Under the pieces are notes generated by a model. It was not told the DNA's origin, did not search any database, and worked only from the letters and a program-made list of their open reading frames with translations. The position numbers and the translations under genes are program-made. From positions 15,004,001 to 15,068,000 of the forward strand of contig CM120642.1 in the NCBI GenBank assembly GCA_051362555.1: a stretch of 64,000 bases of DNA, given 5' to 3'. The stretch comes from Lingula anatina. Taxonomy: Eukaryota > Animalia > Brachiopoda. Numbering within the stretch: the stretch's first letter is position 1; the number at the start of each line of letters is the position of its first letter. Shown here piece by piece: positions 39,675-53,400 of the stretch.

Positions 39675-41736
39675 AGGGATGTAGTAGTAAAACAGATAAA
39701 GGCCTAGACACAATACCCTAAGTTTTTATAAAAAAAATTAAAACATACTTCCCAAAAGGCCAATTAAATACAAAGCTTTTAATCTTAAAAGTGCAGTGTC
39801 CAACGGATGACGCTCTTGCGCCATTTTTGGGGAAAAAACCTTTTTCGGATTTCGGATTTTCTCTATAACCAAGACAGCTATCCAAGTGATTCAAACGGCA
39901 TCATAAAGCTGGGTGAAGGTACTACAGAAGGATAACAGGGAATTGTCTTAAACTATTTCCTTCTGATTTGATTGTCTTTTACGTTAAATTTTCCATATTT
40001 CAATGGACTATTCACTTCCAAAGACGATACTTTTCAGACAAACAATTTTCTCCAAAATCTCTGATATTTATCTGTAGTCCAAATTCTCAACAACAATTAT
40101 TGCAATTTTCGTAACTATCGGTTGCTTAGATAGGGAGATATACTTGAAACTGATTCACTTATCTCGTCAATCTGAAAAGCTGTTGAAACAGCAAAAAACG
40201 TTCACAGGCTGGTTAACAGAGCTTATTAGTCGGTTATGCGATCAGATGGAACCATTGCTAATTTTCATCTAAATGTTTTTTTTTTTTTTGTGCTTTGAAA
40301 TGCCAGAAAATCGTGTTTTTGTAACATTTTCGATCACGCGTTAGACTTGTAAGCGTGCGGCTATTTTGATTGACAGCTCTGGACAGGGCCCAACCTTGTG
40401 ATGCAGACCAGGGGGTCAAGGATATGTAGAAGGAAGCGCAAACAAAGCCCATTACGTCTTTTGGCGGCCATTTTGTATTTTGTTGAGGCTATCTGCATTT
40501 GATTTATTTGGAGAGAAGTGGCATAACATCCCTTTATGCATTTTGTACCATTTTAACATGCTTCTGTTGAAACCACTTGGAGCAAATTTGCACCTACTAA
40601 CTGTAGATCTCTGTGCTGGCGGCCATTTTTGATTTTCCCCAAAAAATACCTTTTCCACTACTTGGATTTTTCTAGATTTTTAATATGATCATATGGACGA
40701 CTCAAAGACTAAAAAAAACCATACCACATTTTTTTTGGCAATTAGTCCCGGGTTAAACCATTTTTTCTTAGACTATAACCGCAATTAAGAGGTGTGAAGT
40801 TATATTTGAGCGTTTTCATGGGCCTTCCTCGGTAATCGAGATATTTTACCCGGGAGCTTCATTCTATGTTATCGGCAAAGTGATCACATGAAATCGTTCG
40901 TATCTGTAAAAAGTGGCCGTCTGTCGTGTTTATACAAATTTTTGACAGGTAACGATGCAGGATTATTTTTACGGCATTTGGTCATTGTCAGGTCAACAAA
41001 AAAATCCAGTGATTACTTTAGAACACTCGAAATGGCATCTCTCGAAATGGAAGCAAAGATGAAAGGGAGGTTGGCTAAAATTACAGAGTGAAGGTGAGTT
41101 TTGAAATCACGTGATGATTGCAAAAAACTCTATTTATATCTGTTGAAGTATAAATAAGTTGCGTCGGGATTTTATTGTAGATTTCGTGTAATACTAGTTC
41201 ACTCACCGCACTTTAGGCCAACATAAAGTTATTTATCAATTTATTTTATGAAAGGGTCTGATGTGTTGAGGAACCACGTGTGTTGTACAGGGGTATTTAT
41301 ATATACTTTCTCTCCTCGTAGATCTTTCTCGACATCCGACTGAACGAAGGCCGTTTTTCCCCACCCGCAGCGAATACTCTCTTTTAAAATTCTTTCTTTC
41401 TTTCTCCAGGAAATGTACATTTAACACGAACTTTACTCTTCCCCATATCGTACTCGACTTCTACACTGCTTAGCTGATGTAAGACTTATGACCTGTTACC
41501 GCCCACGTAATCGCCTTATAACTCATTAACTTTGCTCCGCCCCCTCATGGCAACAGTCCTTGCCAATGGAGGCGTGGCTTAGTCGTCAGTCTGACTGGGT
41601 TGAAAAAGCCATCAAAACACACATTTGTCGGTGCAAATTAAAAAAAAATTATTACATCCAATGTTAGATACTTAATGTAAATACACAAAAAAACCCAAAA
41701 ACACGACTTGAAGGCCATTTTACTCTGCTACACCCC
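39675..41736. mobile_element. Possible old TTAA-type non-autonomous DNA transposon
   Basis: Imperfect inverted termini (TTAGGGATGTAGTAGTAAAA..GGCC vs GGCCATTTTACTCTGCTACACCCCTTAA) enclose a CpG-richer noncoding block; no ORF support. Confidence 0.3.
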
Positions 41737-42125
41737 TTAAATTAGTGTAACTAGTAAGTAAAGCATTCAATTCAATTTTATTTATTTTATTTTATATTTG
41801 TCTGCATATGTACATATATTTTTTGAATGCAACATCTGTATGCCATTTAACAATCAGGGTCTCCCAATTTTAATGAAAATGGCCATAGAGTAATATATAG
41901 TAATAGATAAAACAGTACTGCAGTTGTTCATATTGCATAAAACAATATGCACATTGTTTCAGCGTTAAAAAGTTTATGCAGCTGACCATTCCAAAAGGTC
42001 GTGAAAATGTAGATGTATACTCTTTTGTAACTGTTGATGTTTCAAAAGGCACAACCTTAACTTTTATCAGAGTATGATTATTTTAAAATGGTATCCAAAT
42101 AGCATGTAAATAGCGTCGAATGTAA

Positions 42126-45100
42126 TTATATTTTTTCCGTAAAACGTTCCCCTGCGTCATTTTGCAGCATATGTTCTTGTAAAGGAACGTCAGTGTTCTC
42201 AGCCTGGTCGAAAGACTTCTTTTTCCTTTTGGACAAACAGAAGCACCAAGATCTCGGTGGCAGACTATCTTCTAGCGCTTTATGTCTTGTTTCAGGCAAG
42301 AACCATGTAACCAAGCCTGCTGCCAAAGTGAAAAAGCCGCTGATGACGTAAGGTGACCCCTCCCAGAACTTTGTCTGAAGTCAATCAAGACAAAGCAATT
42401 CGGAATAGTCTCATAAACTCTAAGTTTCAAACCCTTTGTTGGCATATAACTGTTTTGTTCGTTTGTCTTTTTTTCAGAAAATATAAATAAAATAATAATT
42501 AGAAAGACTGAAAAAATGCATTTTAGGAATATTGTATAAAATGGACTATATATATATATAATTACCTTAATCATGGTCTGTAACTTTAGACGTTCTTAGA
42601 TCGAATGTTCGTAACACTCGATGCTCTGTATTTGCAATCCATTTTATACTACTGCCTATGTCGAATAAAGCACTTATTTCAATTTTTTAGCCTCTTACCA
42701 TCGGTGGACCAACAGTTGAAAAACATGGAAGAATTACGGAGCAATATTTTGATGACTTGCAACTTACCACATAAACCATTTGAGGAGCAATGATACCGCC
42801 TATTCTAGCCGACATGGAGGCAAAACCTAGTCCTTGATTCCTGGAGAGAAGCTAGTACATATATGACAACTGATATTGGGTTGTGTTCTGGAGAATTGAT
42901 ATGTTCCTTCAGGGATACTTAGGTTCCAACTCAGTCTGTTCTTTTAAGTATGTCATAAAAACGTGCCATGTTCAACTTCGTTGTTTTGCTTGTGAAGACA
43001 TGATAAATTTGATCTTTTCTGAACAGGAAAACTAAGCTAAAATGATTTTTTGATCGGTTTTATATGTCTATTTCTACATTGACATACGTAAAATTGGAAA
43101 CAAATTATTGATTGAAAAAATGACAAACATAGTTAAAATTATTATATCCCAAGTGTTGCCTTGATTTCAACCAGGTTAAAAGAACAAATACACTGCTTGT
43201 ATTACCTTATGGGCGTCGGGTAGCTTTCCGAGGTCAGAATAAGCATGGCCTGCCAACCCATTAGTACACTGGTTGCTGCTATGTTAGATAGCACTGAGAC
43301 TACCACCCACAACTCGGTGTATCTCCCAATAGCCACCAGGACAATGAGCGGAATCAGTAAAACTGCCGCTGCAAGCAGACAGACATTCGCTATTCTACTT
43401 CGACCAATCCTGGAAATTCAGTGCATTGGAGGTAAAAATGTGCCATTTTTCGTCACAATGCTTACATGTATATAACGTGTGATACAAGCACAGCAATGCA
43501 CCTAAAGTGAATATAAAATTGTATTCTTTACTTTCTCTTTTTCTTCTCTGATTGCATTTAATGTGCAGTATCGTGTATCATTTTAAGGCATGTTTTTCTT
43601 CTTTAATAACACATTTCACTATTTGGGTGTTTTAATTTACATTCAGGACTGTTTGGATCAAATTTTCCATCAACACTGGCTGAAATTCTGTCTAAAGACG
43701 CTGTTACCTACCATCTTGTTAATATGGGTATGAAAATCGCATCGAAGTACGCAAGACTGGCGTTGATGGCAAGGTGAACATATTTGTTGCCTGGCAAATT
43801 CTTTATATTAAATACTAAACTGTAGCTTAGAAGACTGCATGTAAACCTAAAAGCCATTAAAAATTGAGAGGCATCATGTCCCACTAAATTTTATCCAATA
43901 TTTATAAGTGGATGAAGTTAATTAAGTCGTAAGTAATAATGCCACAAAATATTGAAATAGAATATTACATGTTTTTTCACGTGTTTTTCGTTGAACATTA
44001 CCAAAGCGCACACAATCACATCGATTACGGTAGATAAAATATCTGAAACTAACCAAATAAACATGATCATAGCTGTAACTTTGGTAAGGGCAGGGGTCCG
44101 GAAGAGTTCCCAAAATCCAAACCGTTTGCCGCGTTGTGCTAAATGCATTTCTTCCTGAAACCATTCAAACTTCAGATATTCCTCAGTTGTTCTATTTCGT
44201 ATACAAACTATACATTCTAAGAGAAAAACTACTATATAATTTAACACTCATACAGCTGCAACTACATTGATTTTGGCCTACTCCAACGTTTTTGTTTTAT
44301 CTATTTGCTCAATTCAAAAATTTCACATCAGCAAGGTACTTTTAGGCGGGCGGTTCCTTATTTTGGAGACTCCTTGTTTACGAATTTAATTCTTCCCTTA
44401 CAACGTGTAAAACAAAAGTTTTCTTTCCGATGACACACATAAAATATGTTATCATTTGATATTATTGACAACATTTACGAACATTATTAAAAGAAAACTA
44501 ACTTCACACTGTTGCACAAAAGCATCCATATCTGGCAAAGGTTTTTTGTTGCATTTCGCTATTCTTTTGGCAATAGCGACGACCTCGTCATATCGACCCT
44601 GCGACAGCAGCCACCTTGGACTCTCCGGAAGAAACCTGGACATAGGACACATAACTCTTTTAATGATATATTATACTATAACATATATGAAGTAAAATGA
44701 GCAGAGGTGTAATCTACAGATCAGATTATCTATTTTTCAGTCCATTATTGAATAAATAATAACTATGATGAATTTCAAAGGTCGCTGGGAAATATCTCTG
44801 CCGTTTCCAGTATCCGGAGAGGCTTGTACTTTCTGACGGTATAGGGGTTGCTAGTACTTTCATTGTTTCAATATTGCAACAAGATAAACTAGTGACCCTT
44901 TTGGTTTCAGAGGGTAAGAGGCTTGTGGATAATAAAAGTGGGTTTAAAGTGGACACTGAAACTCGGAGTGATTAAAACCGGTACACATGCTATGTTAAAT
45001 GACGTTTTAAACTTACCAACAAGCGATTACGATTGGGAGTCCTGGTAAAGTAGTGCTCAGCAAAAGTGTACGCCATTCTCGGATGAAGTAGCCAAGCAGC

Positions 45101-45257
45101 ACTAGTACCATTAATCCCGCTGGCCACAGCCCTAACCCATTGATAACGGGGCGATACTTAGGGCCGAAGAATTCAACACACCAAATGTAGCCGACAACAA
45201 TACAACCTGCACCAGAACGACAGAAAATGCAACGTAGAATCTCATTTACGATTTAAA

Positions 45258-45288
<31 letters not shown>

Positions 45289-46727
45289 ATTTATAGAAAA
45301 TTTTAATTCAGTCATAAAACGCCCTCAAATACCCACTCGATGCCAAGTAAGTACCAGTTAGTATTCCATTATATTTTAAAATTGGTTTATTCCGCAAATG
45401 TTATTCAAGTTGGGATTTGAACACATATCCTGTTGTATTTTGCATTGTCATATGGTTAATGAGAGCAGTTACTATTTTACCTCCAAGCCCCGTTCCATTA
45501 AGAAAGCGTAGCACAGCAAACTGTATCCAGTCATTAGTAAAAGCTTGTGCTGCTCCTACTATGCTGGTGAACAACAAGGCGAAGAGGAACACCTATAAAA
45601 ATATAATGGTTTAATTCTCATGGCATGTTTAAGCTCTCTGTTTTTTTGTGGATTATTTTTGAAAATGTTTACTGTAGTCAGAAATAAAGCAGTGATAAAA
45701 ATTTTAGTACATGTTCCAATTTTATCCAAGTCCCCAAAGAGAAAAACAATTAAGTCATTTTACTAGGAAAATGAAAATGCTTACAAACTGGTTATCAAAA
45801 CCGAATAACAAATCAATAATAACAGATCAAGGCACGGATAAGTTTCACTAACGGCTTACATAAAGATATTTGGTCTGATGATCAGTACTCTACCTTCTTT
45901 CGACCGAAAGCGTCCCCCAGCTGTCCAAACACCAGGGAACCTATCAGCACCCCTGCCATCTGGAGGGACGATATAGTGTCACTGATAAAGTCTCGGTTGC
46001 AGATTAAATCCCACTGGAACGATACAATTAATTCATTTTTCATTATTATAATGTCATGTACGTAATGCAATATATGGAGAACGCGTATCCCTTCGGGTTT
46101 ATGAGACACTTTATGAGCTGCTGTGTATCGTTTTGTCTTATAACATACATTGTGGTTATAAGTTTTGCGACTTGTCTTCAATGTGTGTTTTAAATATACT
46201 CCACGAGACAGTGACGCCAATAGAAGACACATTTCGTCATTATTGTAAAATTCATCTTTTATCGTTGAAATTTTCGTCTTCAGTTTCACGTATACAGATT
46301 CCTAAGATTTTACCATTAAACGTAAAATATGTCGTGGGTATAGGGACTTAAAAGTGGCCTTTTTGAAATTTGAAATATTTCTCATGCGTTTTTTATTTTG
46401 TTTTCAGTATCAAAATTTTATTGGCTCAGAAATTAAGTAGGCCTAACTCTCCACAATAAAAATGGAAATTTATTTATAATTTGTTTCACAATCTTATCGT
46501 TTTGAATCTCAATCAGATCGTTCCATTATCTTTAGCCATCTAATTCATTTCATCGGGTTCCTGCCTGATTCAATTTACAGATTTTACTTTGAATTTCATG
46601 GACGATCCAATAGGTACGACCTTACAGCTTTACACACATTTTTTTTTTTGCAACGACCACAGAAACTGGAAACACCAGATCCACACTTTAGTATTGGAGC
46701 TCTGGGGCGGATCCAGGATTATGTGAA

Positions 46728-46766
<39 letters not shown>

Positions 46767-48877
46767 CGTTAATGCAAAGCCGATGTGGGGTTCGGGGCCC
46801 GCTAAAGGCCCCCAAATTTTTGGTATATTAAAGGGCGACCGGTGCCATTCGGTACGGTTTAGAACTATGATTCAGCTATTTAAGAGTTTCAAGAGGGGAA
46901 ATTTAATATTAGTGTGATTTTTTTTCAGAAATCGGAGGGAGGCGGGGGGGGGGGGGGGGGGGGGTCGGCCCCCCTGACACCCCCTAAATCCGCCACTGGA
47001 GCTACACAACAAACACTTGCGAAATCCCGTATGACCATGCAACCATTTGGATTTCAGTATGATTGAAGCAAGTGCTCTTATAGCAGACTGACATATTTAC
47101 AACTTTATTGAAAACACACTTCATTTTTTGTGTTTAATGAACATCCATCATTTACTGCACTGATGATTGTCGGTTATAGTTTTCGGTGCTGTCAGCCATT
47201 AGTACGAGACCATCAGCATAAGATTCGATATTTATAAAAAAACCTAAGTCAGAGTTACTTTTTGGCCCTTCATTGTCACACATGAACAAGCACTAGTACA
47301 TGATCTGAACAGATATTATTCGAATGTTCTAAAATTAATCACTTATAAGTTATATTTACTTAAAAGATTGGAAATGTGTGACATCGAATCCACCTACATG
47401 CGAACCACGGAAGACCTGTTTATATTAAAATTTTGTGTTAAATCACATATACACATATTGGCATTATAAGAGGACTAGTCGGATATTATTTATAAATACA
47501 AGTACGTACAGGGGTAAAGGTTATTTGTCTAGACAACATATCATATACTTGTACTACTGTAATTCAAAATGGTAAAAACATTTACAAGCTTTAAAAAGTA
47601 TTTTAAACAATAGGGGCCCATAGAAAGAAAGCATGTTAGACGCCGAACCATATAATGCATATCTGTGATGCAGGCTGTAAAACGAGTATCTGAACTCAGG
47701 CAAAAATGATAAGCATACATTTTATCTTTCCGCATTTAAATATACGTAAAAGTTATCGTAAAAATACTCTGAGAGCCTTCATTTAAAATGTTGCAAGATA
47801 ACCACACTATTGACAGAGGCAAGTCATGAAAACAATTGCAGAGTTTAGTGCCCGAAATAACACACGAAACCAACAATCGCAAACACGAAACGTGACAGTG
47901 CGAAAGGCCTCTTATAACACACATACCTACCTCTGTTACAATTGATGTAAAATCAGTATTAAAAGTATGACCAGGACAGGGAAGACCACCCTCCATGCAC
48001 TTGCTTGTTTTCACCACATCCTCCCCTTGGTTACTGCTATTGTAAAGCAATGGTACAGAAATTGTTTCAGCCGTCAAGCTATCATTCAAAGTCTGGTTCC
48101 CATACCGATTTGTGCACTTCCAACCCGGGTCAGCTCCGACGAAGACTAGGGCTAACATGGAAAGTCCCCCGACGAACTGAAATCCTAGTGATATGGTGAA
48201 TACTATTGCAAATTGGTACCAGCCTATCTGACCTTGAAGAAATAAAGAAACATATTTTAAAAGCAGTTGGAATAGTGATGTTTTAATAGGGATGGTTGGA
48301 CCTTGCAATAGAATGAATTACTTTTTAAATGTTTTAAAACCTAAGAATATTTAGGCTAATCATGCAGAAATATGTATTTGCACACTGTTCTTATCCCTAT
48401 TCCGACGCAGCAAGATTATTCTTTGGACCTACACGGTTAAATATCCTTGAGACATCAAATATAATTTTTTTTCAACTTATTTATTCGCCAATTCACGAAT
48501 ACTTGTTCAACCTGCAGGACGTTTTGTATAATATCGTCTTCATTGAAATTACTCAGAAAAGAAATATCGATAACATCCACATTTAGGTAATCGCTTTTAA
48601 ATTCTTAATTAGTGAAGTGAAGTAGCTTTGGATGATATACAGACATGGAAATATAACTTTGTCACATTTTCAAATACATAAAGTATACATTAAATTTTTT
48701 TCAATCAGATTATCTGAATATGCAGAAGGTATCGTACAGTTTTTCCCTGGCAATTTACAAAAAATGCGATACTAGGGTACATGAGCGTGTACATTGTTCA
48801 CAAACTGCCTGATATTTTTTACCCAACACCTCTAGGGACTTACCTACTTCCAGCAGGATATCTTCAAACTGAGGCAT
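42126..48877 (-). CDS. SLC22: SLC22-family organic cation/anion/carnitine transporter, copy A, 11 exons, ~550 aa
   Basis: Exons 48877-48844, 48232-47931, 46013-45894, 45592-45481, 45206-45017, 44635-44503, 44154-44054, 43846-43712, 43409-43206, 42840-42768, 42374-42126; GT..AG, phases consistent, 1653 nt. Motifs MPQFEDILLEVG, SIVTEWDLIC, GQLGDAFGRK, EFFGPKYR, PESPRWL, ESYPTPIRNQGLG, ARIGGIIAP, LPETR. Confidence 0.9.
45259..45288. repeat. (GA)n microsatellite in SLC22 copy A intron 4
   Basis: GA run; homologous run at ~63412-63442 in copy C. Confidence 0.85.
46702..46998. mobile_element. Short TIR element (hAT-like ends, 5-bp GAGCT target duplication) containing two poly-G tracts
   Basis: Ends CTGGGGCGGATCCAGG / CCTAAATCCGCCACTG, GAGCT on both flanks (46697-46701, 46999-47003); G39 at 46728-46766 and G21 at 46944-46964. 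Confidence 0.75.
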
Positions 48878-49796
48878 GATGTACTTCGAAAAAGTTGGCT
48901 ATTAGCACCAGTCAAAACAGATATTTAACACTCGGCACCCGTCTGCGACACACGGGACAGTACAGTTGAAAACAAACGGAATAAGACTGGGAACAATAAT
49001 GATAATCAGGTGTCATTTCACAAGAAAAAAGTGAAAATTTGATCCACGTCAGCAGCTGATATCATTCGATATTCGTGTGTACGCTTATGTATGTATTATC
49101 ATGCAAAAGAAAAAAAAAGCGAAAAAAGCCAAAGTTATGCAAATATTTTACAAAACATATGCCTTTGAAAGAATAGACAAGTTATTATTGAAAATTGTGC
49201 CTCTGAACAGACTGTACACATAAACAAAAGCTTTATCGCATCCAACATAAAATGATATGTAATTAATGAATCTTACCTACAGCATGAATCGAGGTCGTAG
49301 TACGAATATATACGCAGGATGCGTTATGATTATAATAAGCAGTATAAACGTGGCCTAGACCCTGCCGAAAAGTCACTGAAAAAGTATAAACCTGGCTTTG
49401 TCCACCGCTCTTAATACGATTGTGCCACTACTGGTAGAACTTGGGCTATAGAAGCATGAGCTTTAGCTCAAGGCATCATCTGTGATATCCACATGTTAGG
49501 TTGACGTCTGTGCGTGACATTATTCAAGATCAGAAATTGTGCGAGGATCTGCGTGAAGCGGTTCTAATTTTCAAGCGATGGGGTTGAAACGTTGTGAGTG
49601 AAATATCTCGTTTAATAAAAAGTACTAGTAAACTGACACGCAAATCACGATGAATTAGTGCACAAGGGTTGGTCATAATTTTTCACCGCCAAGTGACATT
49701 TTCCAGCAAAATAGTCAAATACGGGACACGTGTAAACGTTGATAATCGTTTTGATGGTGTGAGTAGTAGTTACATCGCAGCAGCTGTATGGTATGC

Positions 49797-50330
49797 GTTT
49801 TCTCTATTCCAACACAATCTTGAGGAACAATATCAAGGGAGCAAGACCCCTTTCTATTCTTATTCTGCAAACCAAAACAACTCATCACTAAAGAACAAAG
49901 TTTATAACCAGCGTCCATGCAGTCTCTGACAGTAAGCTCTACCAAAGGACTCTTTGTTGGCATTCTGCTCCTGGTAGTGGCCATCATTGCATTGTTTGTA
50001 CTGGTTGAGAAGCCAGCGTACCAAAGTTTTACCGTGAACTTAATATATTTTTATTTGTGTGTAATATTGCCATACGTGGGGTTATTTGGATACAAGTACT
50101 AGTAAATTTATACTCTATATTCTAGGAATATGCTTTCAAGAGAATACTACTATTATTTTACATGAATATAGCCGCCAACTTTTATTGACAAGGTGCCTAA
50201 ATAAGTGAGTGAAAATAATATTTAAATTTGAATTTTATTTTATTTTGATTTAATGTTTGTTTAAAAATGCCAATTACTGAATATTTTCAAAAAATATTTG
50301 TTTTCCGTATCCCTCAAAGCTCATTAATGA
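49797..50330 (+). pseudogene. Decayed otopetrin last-exon + 3'UTR fragment 1
   Basis: Aligns by eye to 34277-34550 (STKGLFVGILLLVV..VLVEKP.YQS), then 34885-34935, then 3'UTR 35185-35400, with internal deletions. Confidence 0.88.
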
Positions 50331-50446
50331 GCTGATGTAAATAGCCAAAATTACTTAATTCATGTTTGCAAGTGCTGTTGATATTTTAAATGTCCCAACC
50401 CGCAGTTTTCACCAAAAAGTGATTATTAAAAAATGTCAATCATGAT

Positions 50447-53400
50447 CTATATTTTATCCGTAAAACGTGCCCCTTCGTCCATCTGAAGCATAAGTTCTTG
50501 TAAAGGAACGTCAGTGTTCTTAGTCCTGCCATAAGATATCTCTAGATCTTTCCTTTTGGCCCAACAGAAACACCAGGATCTCGGTGGCACGCTATCTTCT
50601 AGCGCTTTATGTCTTGTTTCAGGCAAGAACCATGTAACCAAGCCGGCTGCCAAGGCGAAACAAACGCCGATGACGTAAGGTATCCCCACCCAGAACTTAG
50701 TCTGAAGCAAAACAAGAAAAAACGATAAAACACTAGTTCACTAGAAATTAGTTTCCCTGTCTTTTATTTACACGACATCTCTCTCAAAAAAGTAACACAT
50801 TAAAAACTACAGAAAATATGCATTTAAGGGATAATGTGTACCTGTAAATTGTGGTTCCAAATGCCCAAATATACCTTTGACGTCGCATATACCCCCTACC
50901 GCTGGTCGAGCACCAGTAAAGAGTTATAGAAAAACGGTACCGATGGGCCACCATTTAAGTAATTTGTATGCAACTTACCACGTACGCCATCTGAGGAGCA
51001 ATGATACCGCCTATTCGAGCTGACATGGAGGCAAACCCTAGACCTTGGTTCCTGGAAATAAGTACATAAGTACAACTGTTATTTTGTTGTTCTTGGAGAA
51101 TCGATATGATCCTTCTTGGATACACAGTTTGTTCGTTTAAGAATGTTATTAAAACGAAGAAAAGATGAATTTGATCTTTTCTGAACTGTTAAACTATGGT
51201 GATTTCATTCTTAAAACCGACCAATGGTTATACATGTTCACCTCCACACGATGTTCGTAAAACTGGATTCAAACTATTGATAAAGATAAAACGACAGAAA
51301 TTAGTTACAATTTCTATATCCCAAGCCTGGTGTTGATTCTATTCAGGTTTAAAAAACAAATACTTTATGAAAGAAGACATTAACCCTGCTTACATTACCT
51401 TATGGGCGTTGGATAGCATTCCGAGGTTAAAATAAACATGGCATTCCAACCTATCTCTATACTGGTTAGGGCTATATTAGTTATCACTGAGACTACCACC
51501 CACAACTCCGTGTACCACCCAACAGCTACCAGGACAATGAGAGGAATCATTAAAACTGCCGTTACAAGCAGACAAACACCCGCTATTCTTCTGCGACCAA
51601 TACTGGAAATTCAAAGTATTGTAGGTGAAAACGTGCCACCCTTTGCCACCATGCTTATATATGAGGTATTATGTAAACAGAGGAATGTAGTGAAAGAGTA
51701 TATGAATCTGTTTTCTCTACTCTAATTCTCTAATGGCATTTTTAAAATGCGTTTTATCAAGTAGACACGTTTTTCGTCGTTATTTGCATATGTCATTAAT
51801 GGACTGATTTAAAGTTATATCCAGGATTGTTTGGCTCAAAGTATCTAACAACAATGACTGAAATTCTGTTTAAAGACGCTTTTACTTACCATCTAGTTAA
51901 AATTAGCATGAGAAGCGCAACAATGAATCCTAGACCGACGTTTATGCCTACGTGGACGTATTTGCTGCCTGGCAAGTTCTTCAAATTGAACAATAACCCA
52001 TAGCTTAAAAGGCTTTCTGTAAACCTGAAAGCCATTAATAAATAATTGAAAGGCCAAAACCTCATTAAATTTTGTCAAAGATAAGTAAGTGAATGAAGTT
52101 AAAGGGATAATAACTCTTCGTATGAGGTCTATATTTCACAATAAAAACATTGTGAATAACTCATAGAAATATAATATATTCTGTTTTACAACAAAAACAG
52201 CAGTTAAAGCTATTATTCTGATATCTGAGCTTGTCTTCAGACCACATGACCTCCATTGATGGCTATACTCTGTTATAATCTCTTAAGAGATTTTAACAAA
52301 AAACCAAACTTTTTAGAAAAAAACCAGGGACTAACTTTGAATGTAAAAATGGATTCATTAACCATTGGTAAGTACGGGAAAATTGTTGTTTACTCCAGGA
52401 AAATTCATTTTATGGCCAAAACGAAGAGTTATTATCCCTTTTATTTGTCGTTACTGAAAAAGCCATGAATATTTAAATAGAATGTTACACCTTTTTCACG
52501 TTTGTTATATATTGTACATTACCGAGGCATGTAAAATAACATTAATTGCGGCTGATAATACAAATTAAACTAACCAAATAAACATGATCATAGTTGTAGT
52601 TCTTGTGAGAGTCGGGGTCCGGAAAAGATCCCAAAATCTGTACCGTCTGCTGCGTTGTGCTAAATGCATTTCTTCCTGAAATCATTCAAACTTCATATAT
52701 TCTCAACTTCTTCTATTTCATACATTGACTATACTACATATTGATTCTAAAAGAAAAAAAACTTAAACATTTATACAACCGCATACGTACTCATTTTGTC
52801 GTACTGCATTTTAAACATTTATTTGCTCTATTCAAAAACTTTATATATGTAAAATATGTTACTTAAAATGCAGGAGGTTTCCATAATTAGGAGATTTGTT
52901 GTTTACGAAATTAAAGTTTGCCCTTTGCACAACTAAAGACACTAAAATATGTTAACATTTGATATTATTGACAACGTTACACGAGCGTTACTAAAGGAAA
53001 ACTAACTTCACATTGTTGAACAAAAGCATCCATATCTGGCAAAGGTTTGTTGTTTCCTTTCGCTATTCTTTTGGCAATAGTGACAACCTCGTCATATCGA
53101 CCCTGCGACAGCAGCCACCTAGGACTCTCCGGAAGAAACCTGGAAAAGGAACACAATTACTTTAATATTGTAATACACCATAACATATGAAGTAATATAG
53201 GAGGGTGTACGACTGACTATTTTAAGCCAATAATTGAATTTATAAGAAACATGTTGAGTCTCAGAGGCTACTGGGAGGTGACCACTAAGATAACCAGCAT
53301 ATCACTGTCATTTCCAGAATCCGGTGACGCTTGTACCCTCTGACCACAGGGGTCGCTAGTAGTCTGCTGCAAAATTGTTTCAATTTTGTAACAGGCTTTT

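Noticed and set aside
46630-46917. Poly-Pro / poly-Gly ORFs
   Set aside because: Translations of the poly-G tract in a small TIR element.
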